From positions 155,783-219,782 of the forward strand of contig MU619241.1 in NCBI GenBank assembly GCA_025201805.1: DNA of 64,000 bases, in the 5' to 3' direction. Origin of the DNA: Parasitella parasitica NRRL 2501 (lineage: Eukaryota; Fungi; Mucoromycota). Positions 11,404-23,503 of the stretch are shown here, in pieces. Positions within the stretch are counted from its first letter, which is position 1; each line of letters opens with the position of its first letter. The position numbers were made by a program, and so were the translations under genes. The notes below the pieces were generated by a model. That model was given only the letters and a program-made list of their open reading frames with translations, was not told where the DNA came from and searched no databases.

Positions 11404-12666
11404 CTACATAATCACTTCGTCTAGAGACGATTCAGCCATGATGTTTTCGTTTTGAGTGCCTAATCTTGGTATACGGACATAGGCATCAGTGCCGTACCCT
11501 TCCATGGTTACGATATTAATATCACCTCCCCAATACTCTGCATACACCCGACTCATGGGCAGTCCAATCCCTAATCGCAAGGCCATTTTGTCATGCTCAT
11601 TCAGCTTGGCTTCTAGCTGATCGACATGCTCCATGTTGCCAAACCGCTTGTAGTTTCCATACGTCCACAGGTCCTTGCACTCTTGTTTGCTCATTCCACC
11701 GCCCTGATCTGATATGCGGAACAGCACATCCTGCTCGTTTGAACACAACGTCACTTTGATTTCTTTGGGTATCGCTGTTGCTGAGTAAGGCTGTGTCGCA
11801 TGTCGAAACGCATTTGATAGTAACTGGAATATAATGTACTCTACATGGTCAGACACATAGGTGAACTCTGTGTCTGTGCCATTCAGCTGTAATTTAGGCA
11901 GTAACACCTTTGGCTCTAAAGGGTCCTGTTGCTGTTGTGAATGAGCCGCATGCGCCTGCACCAAATGTATGCACTTGGTCAACACATTATGGGAGGAACA
12001 CAAGTTGAATATCGATTTTTTCCTTTTTGATAGGACGAGATGGTGCTCGGTGAGGACGCGTCTTGATATGCGAGATCTCAGCGTAGCGTTCATAAAGTGA
12101 TCCAGCCTATCCATTGACATGATGCCCTCATGCTGCTGCTCGCACTCGTTGATACCCTTTGCCAGCTGAGGAATAATCACCAAATGCGCATCCAGCGACT
12201 CTTCCAAAATGTCACAGAATGCTTCATTCTCCTCCCTTGTCTTTATCAAAGGCACCTTGCGGATGCGCTCGAACGCTTGCCAGTAGAGTTCATAGACGTT
12301 TTCGATGTGCGGATTTGTGCCCAAAATATACGGCAGCTTTTGAAATTCTCGGATACGATGTGCAATACGAATGGGCAGTTCTGTGCGGACATAGTTGGCT
12401 GATTTCAGCAGACGCTCTGTATTGCAGTGTCGCTCATAAAATATCAGCTGCCGTAAGGTGAGGGGAGTCGGGCTTTGTGAGTAGTATGTGTCCAAGGTCT
12501 TGTTCATGTAGAAATGCTGCCCATGCGACGACGCTGATGCTGTGGTGGCAGAAGTGCTGGCAGAAGCGCTGGCAGCAGCAATGGTGGTTGACGACGGCTG
12601 TTGCGGTGAAATGCTGGCAGCCACGGTGGACAGCCTCCTCTTGGAGCAAGATTTCAATAGACTCAT
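11404..12666 (-). CDS. Mitochondrial alpha-ketoacid dehydrogenase kinase (BCKDK/PDK family), intronless
   Basis: ELPIRIAHRI, SRISRRVL, LLSNAFRH, ISDQGGG, GIGLPMSRVYAEYWGG, GYGTD (GHKL fold); N-terminal presequence-like segment. Confidence 0.92.
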   Translation of the reverse strand: MSLLKSCSKRRLSTVAASISPQQPSSTTIAAASASASTSATTASASSHGQHFYMNKTLDTYYSQSPTPLTLRQLIFYERHCNTERLLKSANYVRTELPIRIAHRIREFQKLPYILGTNPHIENVYELYWQAFERIRKVPLIKTREENEAFCDILEESLDAHLVIIPQLAKGINECEQQHEGIMSMDRLDHFMNATLRSRISRRVLTEHHLVLSKRKKSIFNLCSSHNVLTKCIHLVQAHAAHSQQQQDPLEPKVLLPKLQLNGTDTEFTYVSDHVEYIIFQLLSNAFRHATQPYSATAIPKEIKVTLCSNEQDVLFRISDQGGGMSKQECKDLWTYGNYKRFGNMEHVDQLEAKLNEHDKMALRLGIGLPMSRVYAEYWGGDINIVTMEGYGTDAYVRIPRLGTQNENIMAESSLDEVIM

Positions 12667-13248
12667 TTAGTGCAGTTTATCAAGAAGAAAGAGGACACAG
12701 CTTTGGGCAACTGTATTTAACAAGCTTTGGTGCGGTCACATTCGCATTCTGTACGACTCCTTGAGATGTACAAAACAGCCCTCCATGGTCCCCGTTACTA
12801 TTATGCTTTTTAATTGAATCAAGCAAGAGCGAGTCGAGGGTGTCCTGTGCGCATGACAATGCACCTTGGCACAAATACTTGTAAACAAAATTTAAATGTA
12901 ATATCGCCTAGACCTAACTCATGCAGAACGGGAAGAAGAACAAAAGAAAAAGAAAAAAAAAAGGTATATGGACAAACTGCTCTTTTGCGGGCTACATGTG
13001 TTGTATCTAGCAACAGTAAGGAATAGCACCATCTTCTGTTAGCATGCCATCAATCTAGGCCCTTTGAAATAAAACATTATGCCGAGCATTCCCTTTTGGA
13101 AATCATGTGAAAGAGAGAGAAAAAAAAAAAAAAAAAGTGGGTTTATTTTGTTTATGATACGATTAGGCAGGTGATATACTGATATATTTGTGATATTTTA
13201 CAATGGGAAAGGTGGTACTGCTATTATAAGGAGACCATCTCTTGGCCT

Positions 13249-14241
13249 TTAGGCATGGGACAATGAGAGAAAAGTCTTTTTGAGTGGTTGATAAGCTGGA
13301 GGAGGCGGGCCGGATAGCTTGAAGGTCTCCTCTTGGCCCATCTTGTTGGTGACGGATTCGGCATCGCTGACATTCTTGTAAGAGTACTGGTCATTGAAAC
13401 TTCTCTGCTCCGTCTCTATGCGATACTGGCGGCCCATTTTCTTGATTTTACCAGTGTAGATGCACATGATCAGAATGGCTATCAATGGGAGATACACAAG
13501 CAAGGACTCTAGCACGATCCAGAGTGTGATAGGAATTGCCATGGGATCGTCGTGGAAGCAGTAAATCCAGGAAAGCACTGCCATGCCAACGATGCAGATC
13601 GAGAATAAGATGGGCGTAATCTGTATGAAAAGCAAATCGTCTCGGTTACGACGAATCAATCGCACATGGTTTGTCGATTTGCTGTAGACCATAATGACAA
13701 TTGTATTGAAACACACCACTGCCAGCATCAGGGTGACACATACCGCTGAGCCGATTTTCTTTGGCAGGCTAGACGAGGCAGCACCCAGCAAAATGACAGA
13801 GCAGATGGCCAACAGTGTGTATACAGCTAACGCCACTAGGCTGGTATAGTAGGTCCATGGCCTCACCCTCTTTTTGCTGGCAACAGGGTGTCGCTTTTCA
13901 GGGTCGCGCAGATAGAGACTTCCCCAATGATCCCGACTCTGGATTGCAGTAGTGATGTGGCGGATAAAGATCAATTGGGCTTCCATGATCCCAAGGAACA
14001 CCAGCACAGACGCAGCAGGCAGCAAGCTCAGTGCAAAGCTCTTGCTCGCCCAATCCACAGACGTATTTGCTGCACCGTATCGAGCAGCCAACAAATAAAT
14101 ATTTCCAACCGTCATCAACATGCCAAATATTGCAAACGGTATCAGCAGAATGTTGTTTCGACATCTGTATGACAGAATGATGGAAAAGAACAGAAATAAA
14201 GCAGTGTAAACACACCAGGCGTTTTCTTGTGCACTAAGCAT
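13249..14241 (-). CDS. Uncharacterised 7-transmembrane protein (RTA1/GPCR-like topology) with a C-terminal PY motif
   Basis: Intronless 330-aa ORF from ATG 14241; seven hydrophobic stretches; tail contains PPPPAY. Confidence 0.8.
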   Translation of the reverse strand: MLSAQENAWCVYTALFLFFSIILSYRCRNNILLIPFAIFGMLMTVGNIYLLAARYGAANTSVDWASKSFALSLLPAASVLVFLGIMEAQLIFIRHITTAIQSRDHWGSLYLRDPEKRHPVASKKRVRPWTYYTSLVALAVYTLLAICSVILLGAASSSLPKKIGSAVCVTLMLAVVCFNTIVIMVYSKSTNHVRLIRRNRDDLLFIQITPILFSICIVGMAVLSWIYCFHDDPMAIPITLWIVLESLLVYLPLIAILIMCIYTGKIKKMGRQYRIETEQRSFNDQYSYKNVSDAESVTNKMGQEETFKLSGPPPPAYQPLKKTFLSLSHA

Positions 14242-15135
14242 GGCTGTAGTTTTGATGGAGAAAACAGGAAAAAAGGATTGCGAGTAAAGGTCGAAATACA
14301 ACACTCTTTATATAAGGAAGCCATCTTTGATTTAGTGTTAGTCAGAATAACATTTAGCCTTTATATAGAACAGTTCTTGAACACAGGCCAAGCCGCAAAT
14401 TTGCCTTATTGGGCTGTTGCTAAAAATACAAACATAAACCTTGATTTAAGCACCAAATGCACTCATGTTGTAAGCCAAGAAACGCTAGCAAGAATCATAC
14501 ATCCTGTGCGAATGTTAGAAAGATAGCCTTTTTCAAGTTGCATTCTTCAAATCTCTGTTCTTCTGTCGATAGTGAACAGCCCCCCCCCCTCATTAGCAGC
14601 AAAATCCATGAGGTAGCTATTGTCATTTTATATTTGGTGCTACCATCAAATCAACATTTATCAAAAGTATCCATGAAATCTTTTATTTACATAATCAACC
14701 AACTTTAAACAGTTGTATAGATTACACCGATTGGCGGTTCAAAGGGCACAGTCGTCTGTGACAAGAGGCATGTATAAACAACTCTATGCCCGTACTCTGT
14801 GCCTGAGGAGTGTGCTTGCAAGATGTAGCAATTGCATTGACAAATAGCTACTGCTTGGAGCTTTCAATTGCTGATGCGACGTAATTGCAGGTTATCGCAT
14901 AATCCGCATAGTATGTCAAGTGGAGTTGCTCGCTTCATCTTGACTGGAAGAAATTTGTTACAAAAAGTTGATTGTGGTCTGAAAGTCGAAAAGACAGAAA
15001 ACTGGTCTGCAAACCGTATTTTATCACCTACACGTATGAACTTTGTTATTGTGGCAGTCCAATACTTCTGAAATACTCTATTAGTATACGCCAAAGCATA
15101 TATCAAACTGTGTTACATATATGTCTAAAGGCCAA

Positions 15136-16430
15136 TCATACACGTTCAATGACCATAGTAGAAGCTCTTCCACCGCCATTGCAAGTAGCGGCAGCACCAT
15201 ACTTGGCCTCCTTGCGCTCCAATATAAAAGTTAACCTGGCAATGGTTCTGGCATCAGAGCAACCCAGTGGATGGTCCATGGCAACCGCATCCACCCCCCC
15301 ACCCCTCCCTCCCGAATATTGACACTATCCTTGTCCAATTTCAAAATCTTGCAATTGGCACAGGCAACAACCGATAATGCTTCGTTGATTTCATAGTACG
15401 CAATGTCCTCAGGCGTTAAGCCGGTATGTTTGATGGCCTTGGGTAAAGCGAGCGCTGGAGATGTCGAGAAGCGCCCGAAGACTTGAGCTGCATCGCCCCC
15501 ACCCCCTTTGCCTTGGGCAACAGGGATAACCCATATTTTTCCGCAGCCTCCCTGGAACAGAGTATGATAGCAGTAGCACCGTCGCTCAAGGGAGAAGAAT
15601 TGGGAGCTGTTATCGTAACTTCTTTGGCCGTTACAAAAGCAGGGCGCACTAAACGCAGCTTAACCATCTCATCGCCTTGCTCGACGACACGATCGGGTTT
15701 GCCACGACCACCACTGACAATGACAGGAACAATCTCATCCTTGTAAAGGCCAGATGCGTGAGCAGCTTGGGCACGTTTGTAGAACTCTATAGTCTAATAG
15801 TCCTGCTGTTCACGGGCGATACCGTATTCAGTGACACATTCTTCAGCAGCGACGCTCGTCAGGTAATCATTGTAACTGTCATACAAACCGTCTCTGACAA
15901 CACCATCCACCATCTCGGTATCACCATAAACGCTACATGGGGGAGATAATGGGGGTGTATTGGTCATGGATTTCATACCACCAACAATAACGACATCTGC
16001 GTTACCAAGCATAATTGTTTGTGTAGCAATGATGACAGCTATAGTGTATGCAATTTGGCTCAGCACTTTTTTCTGCGTGTTTTATGTTCATAGCAGACTT
16101 GAGTCTTGGCAATAGACTTCACCTTTTATGGCAGAAGCGCACACCTTATTGACAGTTGTGGCAATAGTGGTATCTTTAAGTCCTGCACCAAGAGCGGCAG
16201 CACGAGCAGGGGTTCTGATCGAGGTTAGCAGGTAAAAACACAACCAAACACGACTTGTTCCATTGCATCCACAGAAACAGCAGCTTTCTTAAAGACAGCT
16301 ATGATACCGTATTTAGTAATATAAGCATATGCATATACTCATCGTTACCTTCCACAGCAATAGAGCCAAGTTTGCTAGCTTGAAGAGAAGCCAAGGAGCC
16401 ATTGAAGCCTCCGATAGGAGTGCGGCTAAC
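15136..16430 (-). pseudogene. Acetyl-CoA C-acetyltransferase (ERG10-type thiolase) pseudogene
   Basis: SRTPIGGFNGSL, TTVNKVCASAIK, GGMKSMTNTP, NSSPLSDGA, EINEAL and CNGGGRAS are spread over several frames. In-frame TAG at ~15794, frameshifts, GHPLG changed to DHPLG, no intact first exon found. Confidence 0.9.
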
Positions 16431-16949
16431 GGGCAATAACACACAATGTTGATAAAACCCTGATTTGTTGGCTGGAAGATCGTTTGTGTCACATACCATG
16501 GGCAGCCATTTTTCATACTGCATTACACCTTGTTATGCTTGAATGAAATAAAAGAAAGCTATTTGTAGTGACGCGTGTATTTTTATACTAGATTCATGTT
16601 TGAAATGTCTTTGTTTGATTCAATCTCATGTGTAGAGAATGTGGCAATTGGTTGATACATTGGGGAAATTGAAATAATAGTGTAATGATGAATCAAACTG
16701 CTTCAGGACACTGATTCATCGTGAAAATAAAAATGTTATCGTATGAAAAACATACTATATATCATATAATTTACAACCAAAATGTCTCTAATGATGCAGA
16801 CTCCATAGGAAATATCCTTCAAGTGTCTCGTTCAGGTGAATTCATTTCTTACTGTGACTAGTCGCAATGGTTGCGGTACAGTTCATTTGCGTATAAATTA
16901 TTGGGTACAGTCGACGCGGAAACGTCTTTCCTCTAACAATTCAACACTA

Positions 16950-18090
16950 ATGGCAAAAGAGGAGAGCAGCAGGATTAATTTCGAAAAGGACGAAAAAGTG
17001 CTATGCTATCATGGGCCTTTTATATACGAAGCCAAGGTATTTTACAATGCATTTAATGTCTAGTTTGGCACATAAACGTAGTACATAGATCTTGAAAAGA
17101 GAAAAGAAGGAAGAGGAAGGCGAAGAGCCACAAGAATCATACCAATATTTTGTACACTACAAAGGCTGGAAACAAACGTTAGTGCAGTGTAGAGCGAATT
17201 TCTATGGTAACTAAACAGCAGAGTATAGATGGGATGAATGGATAACAGAAGACCGTGTCTTGAAGTTCACCGAAAGCAATTTACAAAAGCAAAAGCAGCT
17301 GAAAGAGATAAATTCCAAACGAAAGCCCTCACGACCAGCTAGCACATCGGCATTGCATGATGCGTCTGAATTAAGAAGCAGAAAACGAAACCGTGATTCA
17401 AGCATAGACAAAGCAAGACTAGTGAGTATTCTTGGTGTATATAATTGCGTTACTTACTTACTTGTACATACCACACAGGAAGAAGAAACAAAAAAGCCAG
17501 ATTTCAAATTAGCGATACCGGATTCATTGAAAGGATTGCTAGTGGATGATTGGGAGCATGTAACAAAAAATAGACAAGTATGTCAAAAGTGTCGACAGAT
17601 GATAGTCGTACTAATGCAAGGCTATTAGATCCATGAGCTACCAAGAGAGTTCACAGTGGACAAAATTTTAAACGACTTTAAAGAATCCAGATCAGATAAG
17701 GGAGAGGTTCTAGATGAATACATTAGAGGTATTCAGCTTTATTTCAACAAGACATTGCATACACAGCTGTTATATCGATCTGAACACGAACAGTACGATC
17801 AGCTATTTGATGGCAACTCAGATCAACAAAACGAGCCTTCCAGCATGTATGGTGCAGAGCATTTGTTGCGTCTATTTGTGGAAATGCCTGGTTTGGTGGT
17901 TGAAACCTACATGGATGCAGAAACATTACTCGAAATAAAAGAGAAACTAGAAGCTACACTAAGGTAAACGAAAGCATCTATGGAAAGAAAGTATGGGAAA
18001 GTGATCATTGCTAATAATAAGCGCAGATTTATCCAGGATCATGAAAGAGATTACTTTGGGACTGATGATCAATATTCACATGCAAAATAA
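16950..18090 (+). CDS. EAF3: Chromodomain/MRG protein Eaf3 (5 introns)
   Basis: VLCYHGPFIYEAKI, YFVHYKGWKQTWDEWI, LLVDDWEHVTK, YGAEHLLRLFV. Confidence 0.93.
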
Positions 18091-18199
18091 ACACAACATC
18101 TACGTGCGGTGCAATGTCTTGGAAACGTTCACGCAAACAACCGCAGTTCATTCATGCCGTTTTAGCTTATTTTGTCTTTTTCTCGAATGTTAAAAGGCG

Positions 18200-19300
18200 A
18201 CAATCAATCTTTAAAAGACATCTTACGAAACGATACATTCGATTGAAAGGAGTTTTCAAGAGTCTATAATTATCAAAGCATTTTTATCACTTGAGGAAGC
18301 TTATTAAACCGAAAGGAATAATCTCCTGGGTCGACGATATTCTCTCGAAACTAGATCGTGCAAGTATTATAAATCTCTAATAATCTGCTAAATCTATTCA
18401 GATGATGAAAACTGATGAGAGAACAAAAAACTTTGGAGCTTGTTGATGAAAAGATACTAGCCCACTCATGAAATTTCATAATATCTAAAGAAAAAACGCA
18501 CATTTATATGATCAACAATGTGCAATAATGGTGTATTCCTGCCAATGTTAAGCAGTGTGGGAAAGGCTATTTGTATGATGGGAATTCGATTCTCAAAATT
18601 ACTGATTGCAAAAGGGCAGCTTCGATGAAAGAAACAGCCCTAATAACCGGCGACAAGAGAGCTCTTGTCGCAATGTTAGAAACAAAAGTCAATGCCTTTT
18701 GTAATAGACATACCATTTGTTTCCACCTGTCAGAGAAAAGTCGACTTTGCTATCCTCCCCATCATCATCATAAATGAAGCTAGTGTCATGTCTCTACATA
18801 CTGTAGGTTCTCTACGAACTTTTAATTAGTTAATTGACAAATCCCTTCCTATGCTAGACATCGCCATATTATGAACGAGATTCCAGGACTTGTGAAAATG
18901 GTGAATCATGAGGAAGAATTCAAGTTGAAACATGTTTTCCCTTTGCTGGAACTTGTGTTTCATGTCATGACCGTTCGCTGGCATTGCTCCTTGATGTATT
19001 TTTACTTGATCCATGACTTCAAATATCGCGTATTAGATAATACTGATACAAGCCTGTTTGCTACGATTAGAGCTCACTTCTTGATGACGAGATAAGAATA
19101 GCAGAACTGACAAAAAATTCCTATATCAAAGAATGGCTACAGCTAAACTTGTCAACGAGTCTGTTACTTTTGGGATTATTATTAAAGGCAAGTAGAGTGT
19201 ATCATTTCTCGACTCTTTTGCTAAACATTGCGATTTGGCGATCATCTGAGTCTCCACAAGCATGAGTTTGATAGCGGCTAGACCAAAAACTCTGCAATAC
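18200..19300 (+). pseudogene. Decayed coding-like sequence of unknown family, possibly repeat-derived
   Basis: Protein-like fragments (NEIPGLVKMVNHEEEFKLKHVFPLLELVF) interrupted by stops and frameshifts. Confidence 0.25.
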
Positions 19301-20132
19301 AACATTACTAACGATGGCGCACACCTTTCCTTACATGAATCCTATCTTGGGGCCACTATTTGCATTCAAGGTTTTTATTAATGATGTTTGTAGTTACTCA
19401 AAGTTGGGGATAATTGGTGTCACCTTGACAGTTCTGATCCTTCATGTAAGCTTTATTACTACAATCTCTCCCTTCTCTTTTTCATCCATTATTTTATATT
19501 TTCAAGGAACTACCAACATTACTATTATTTACAATTTGGTCAAACCAACCTTGTATTAATTTGATTTTAAAGCTAACATTCAAATAAACAGCTGTTTCTA
19601 TTAAATACAAAAGCTACATTTAGCAGCCTCACAAATTAATGATAATGATCACAAAGGTTTTAGTTTACCGTTCTTTTCTCCTTCCTTTTTTTTTTTTTTA
19701 GGAATTGATCAAAACTGCTCTTATCACAGAGGATAAGCTGCTGAAGCCTTACCTGTCTGACGGAACTAAACATATGAAGCTTACTACTTTATATTTGCTA
19801 TAGTTTTTCATCATGTCGTTTGGACACATTATTCTTTCATGGATCAAGATATTTCAAAAATGACAACTATTCGCCATATCAGGCAATGCTGCAATGGTAG
19901 CGATTTGAGAGTCAAATAAGATGGCTGAAATGTTGACAGACTTCATTTCAAATATATCCTTTGAGATCATTGTACATTTGTTTTTTTTTTTTTATGTGAA
20001 ACGTTGTAGTATGTGTACTATAAGTGCCACTCGGTGTGATTGCAAAACGATGTGAAAAGGATGTAATTATTATTTTAAATAATATGTAATTGGGGCTGTA
20101 TCATGTGTGAACCAAGGCAACGAATGTAAAAA

Positions 20133-20179
20133 GGGTAAGGGTAAGGGTAAGGGTAATGTAAAAAGGGTTAGGGTTAGGG
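20133..20179 (+). repeat. Interstitial telomere-like repeats: GGG(TAAGGG)3 and GGG(TTAGGG)2
   Basis: gggtaagggtaagggtaaggg...gggttagggttaggg, each block preceded by aatgtaaaaa. Confidence 0.85.
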
Positions 20180-20229
20180 TTAAGGCTAGGTTACAGTAAA
20201 ACTCTTGAATTGAAATTGTCTCTACGCTA

Positions 20230-20427
20230 CTATGAGCCAATGGTTGACATGTACTTTGATGCGGTTCCACCAATGCTACTTGTATCTCGGAACTGTTTTC
20301 CAATGTTGTCGTCGTGTTCCAGCTGCTTTTCCTCTAATAGCCAATCCAGCAGCTGCGTATGATGCTTAAGATAGTTCACAATCACTTTCAAGAGTATTAG
20401 GAACCCAATAATGTAGTGTAAAGCCAT
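20230..20427 (-). CDS. Possible small protein (65 aa) with an N-terminal hydrophobic segment
   Basis: ATG-initiated ORF preceded by a CT-rich tract and TATA-like sequence on the minus strand; no recognisable homology. Confidence 0.35.
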   Translation of the reverse strand: MALHYIIGFLILLKVIVNYLKHHTQLLDWLLEEKQLEHDDNIGKQFRDTSSIGGTASKYMSTIGS

Positions 20428-20710
20428 GATTTATAACAATGGGGAAGGTGAAGAAAGAGAGAGAGAGAGAGGAAAAGAAAAGAAGTGCAAATCAGGAGAT
20501 TCTCAAACATATGATTGTGATATATAAACTTACCTCCACATGCAATATAAACAAAAGCTGTTGAAAATTACTTGCAAGCAAAGCTTATACATAGCAATCA
20601 TCAATATGGTTTAGCCGCATGAAATGGAGTTTGAAGCGTTTTGCTATAATAATTGCACACACTCGCGCCCCAGCAGGAGAATTTGCATTTTTTTCTCTAT
20701 TGCAGTTATA

Positions 20711-23469
20711 ATGGTTTCTCCCACTAGAGAAGAGACAACCCCTCTGCTGTCGAGAATAGTGGACACACCAGCTGTGCCTCAACAGAAAAACACTACCAAG
20801 CTCATTTATTCCTACGTATTTGGCTTCATGCTGCTGCTGGTCGCCTTTATCTACAATGTTCGAAACACACTACCTACGCCGCTGTCTGACGTCCAAGCTC
20901 GTGAACTGCACGATTTTCCAGGCATCCATTGCTACAATGAGTATCTGTCTCATTTCAACCAGCCCCATTCCGCAAATCAAAAGAACAATCAAGCCATTAA
21001 AGATTGGATTGTTCAGGTGGCTCACGAGTTCAAGCTGGAGGCCACTGAAAACGGGATTGCCATGGAGATTATTGCTGACGATCCTACGGATTTGGTGTCG
21101 AAACGAAACAAGTTTAGCACTGGTAAGCTGGGCTATGAACAATGTCTATTTGCAATGATTTAAAGCTCTGTTGTCTAGATGAGTACTGGATGGTTGAATC
21201 AAGAAATGTCATTGTTAGATTAGTGGGTAAATCAAACAACACAGACGAGTCTTTTCTTGTAAATGCGCATTATGGCAAGTGTTTGTTAGCATGTATGTCA
21301 TATGTCATAATGACTGTGTGTCTTTAGATAGCGTATCTACTAGCCATGGCGTCACTGATAACGGCATGGGAACAGCTGTTGCTATCGAATTGCTCCGTTA
21401 TTTTGTACAGCATCCGCCTCAGCACACTGTCATTTTCCTCTTCAACAATTTCGAAGAAGGTGGTCTCATCGGTGCTGATGCATTTGTCCACCATCCGTGG
21501 TTCCCCAGCATCAAGCTTTTTGTCAACCTAGAAGGCACAGGTGCTGGTGGCCGTGCACTGCTCTTCCGAAGCAACACGTTGGCAGCTGTCCACGGTTTGG
21601 CCTCGTCGGGCGCCCATCTGTTGCATGCCTCTCCACTAGGCAACGATCTGCTCCAAGCGAAACTACTCAAAAGTGATACAGACTACACCACATTCACAAA
21701 ACATGGAGTGCCAGGCCTTGATATTGCGTTTTACTACCCTCGATCTCACTACCACACCCAGAGAGATGATTTGGCCCACACAACTCCCCAGTCTCTTCAG
21801 CATATGGGACAAATGGCGCTGGGATCAGTCTTGAGCATCGATGGCAGCGACACCATTCTGGAGCAAGCAGGTGCCCCTGAACCTGTCATTTATTACGACA
21901 TTCTGGGACGTGTCATGCTGGTGTATAGCTTCTTTACATGTCAGTTGATCAACATCTTGAGCCTGATCTTTGTGCCACTTGGTCTATTCACCTGGTTCTG
22001 GTTCTCCACAACAGCCAACATTCACGACAAAAAGACCCTCTTAAAGCACAATCTTGTGCTCATTGGCAAGGGCTTTATTGCCGCTGTGGTGGCCTTGGCG
22101 TTTATGGTACTTTTCACTGGCTTCTTTGCCTGGGTTATGATTTTAATTAATCCTTCAGTCACCTATGGTGGCATCAATGTTGTGGTGCTTTATTTGGCAG
22201 TGGCTGCATTTTTGGGCCTGGTGGCATCTCAATGGGTCATGGCTCGCTTTTCAAGGTCATTTGCAAGCAATTTGGCCAATATGCAAGTTGGGTTCTATGG
22301 GCTGACTGGATTTTGGTGGCTGCTGCTTGTCTTTGCAACCTATCTAGGCTCGCAAAAAGTCGCCGCTGTTTATTTTACCGTGTATTTCTTGATCAGCAGC
22401 ACTTTGGCTACCTTACTTTTGGTAGGCACTCCCCCCAAGGAGATTGAAGGTGGAAGCGAAATAGCGGCTGGAGTGAGCCGTTTCTGGTCGATTGCTTTCA
22501 TGCTTCAAGTTTTGATGCCGCTTATCTTGATGACAGAGTTTTTGCTGCTTGGCATGGATTCCATGCGACACACTACAGCAGACGGCACGCCTGAGGGAGC
22601 CAGTAAGTGCAAATGTCTATAGGTGTGATTATGGTAAATGTTTTTAAATGTGTTTTGTAGTCTATGTTTTACTTGCTACTCCCATCATTTTGATTGTTCT
22701 TCATCTGCTACCTTGGGTGCACGCTGCTGGCCAACTTCAAAAGACAACCTGTTGCACTGCGCTTGTATTTGTTGTGCTCTTTATTGCTTGTTTATTGTCG
22801 TCTCCTTTCAACGGTGACTCATCGCCTAACCGTATTGTGTTTAATCAAGAGTACAATGCCTCAGATGCTCTGTCTACGGTGGCCCTCATCACTGGCTCTT
22901 CCTTTGGTATCTTGCAAAGAACATTAAAGAAAGCGCTGCCTTCGTCCGAGTACGAAACCATGGTATGCGAGTCCTATTTGACTTACCAGACTCGCTGCAC
23001 GTATCAAACTGCGTTGACGCCAGTGTACGCCAGAAATCCCAAGAAAGAAATCAATGTAAACCACAGGCCAGCCAGCTGTGATGCCAAAACATGTCGCCTC
23101 AACATAACAACTACCGCCGAAAACAGTTTGCTATGTCAGTTGCAGTTTAGCAATGCCAATATTAATGGCTTGCAAGCATGGATCAATGGAAACCATGTTG
23201 AAGCAGCTCAAAATGAGCACATTCATGCTCTGACTACGTACTCTAAAAGGCAAGCAAGCACTGTGCATTGGGAGCTTTTGTACGATACTGATCAAGCCGA
23301 AGCCTTGGGCGAAGCTCAATTCAGCTGCATTTACGACGACTGGACAGAGGGCGAAATACCTGCCTTTACTACGCTCCGAGATAACTTGCCTTACAATGCC
23401 CTTCTGACCATTAAGGGAGGAGTAGGTCTTGCCAAGGTTCATTACTCCCCATCCATCCCATTGAATTAA
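20711..23469 (+). CDS. M28-family multi-pass membrane metallopeptidase (Pff1/ERMP1-like; 3 introns, one GC-AG)
   Basis: NAHYDSV, GVTDNG, FNNFEEGGL, NLEGTGAGG, SDTDY, YHTQRD, followed by multiple TM helices and a lumenal C-terminal domain. Confidence 0.93.
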
Positions 23470-23503
23470 AAAGTTTCGACAACCGTTTATTTTAACACTA
23501 TAT

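Noticed and set aside
16685-16714. ATGATGA...CTGA as a C/D snoRNA
   Set aside because: Only ~30 nt across both boxes and no recognisable rRNA guide.
19954-19962. ATATCCTTT as a U12 intron donor
   Set aside because: Not inside any supportable gene, and no matching branch point or acceptor was found.
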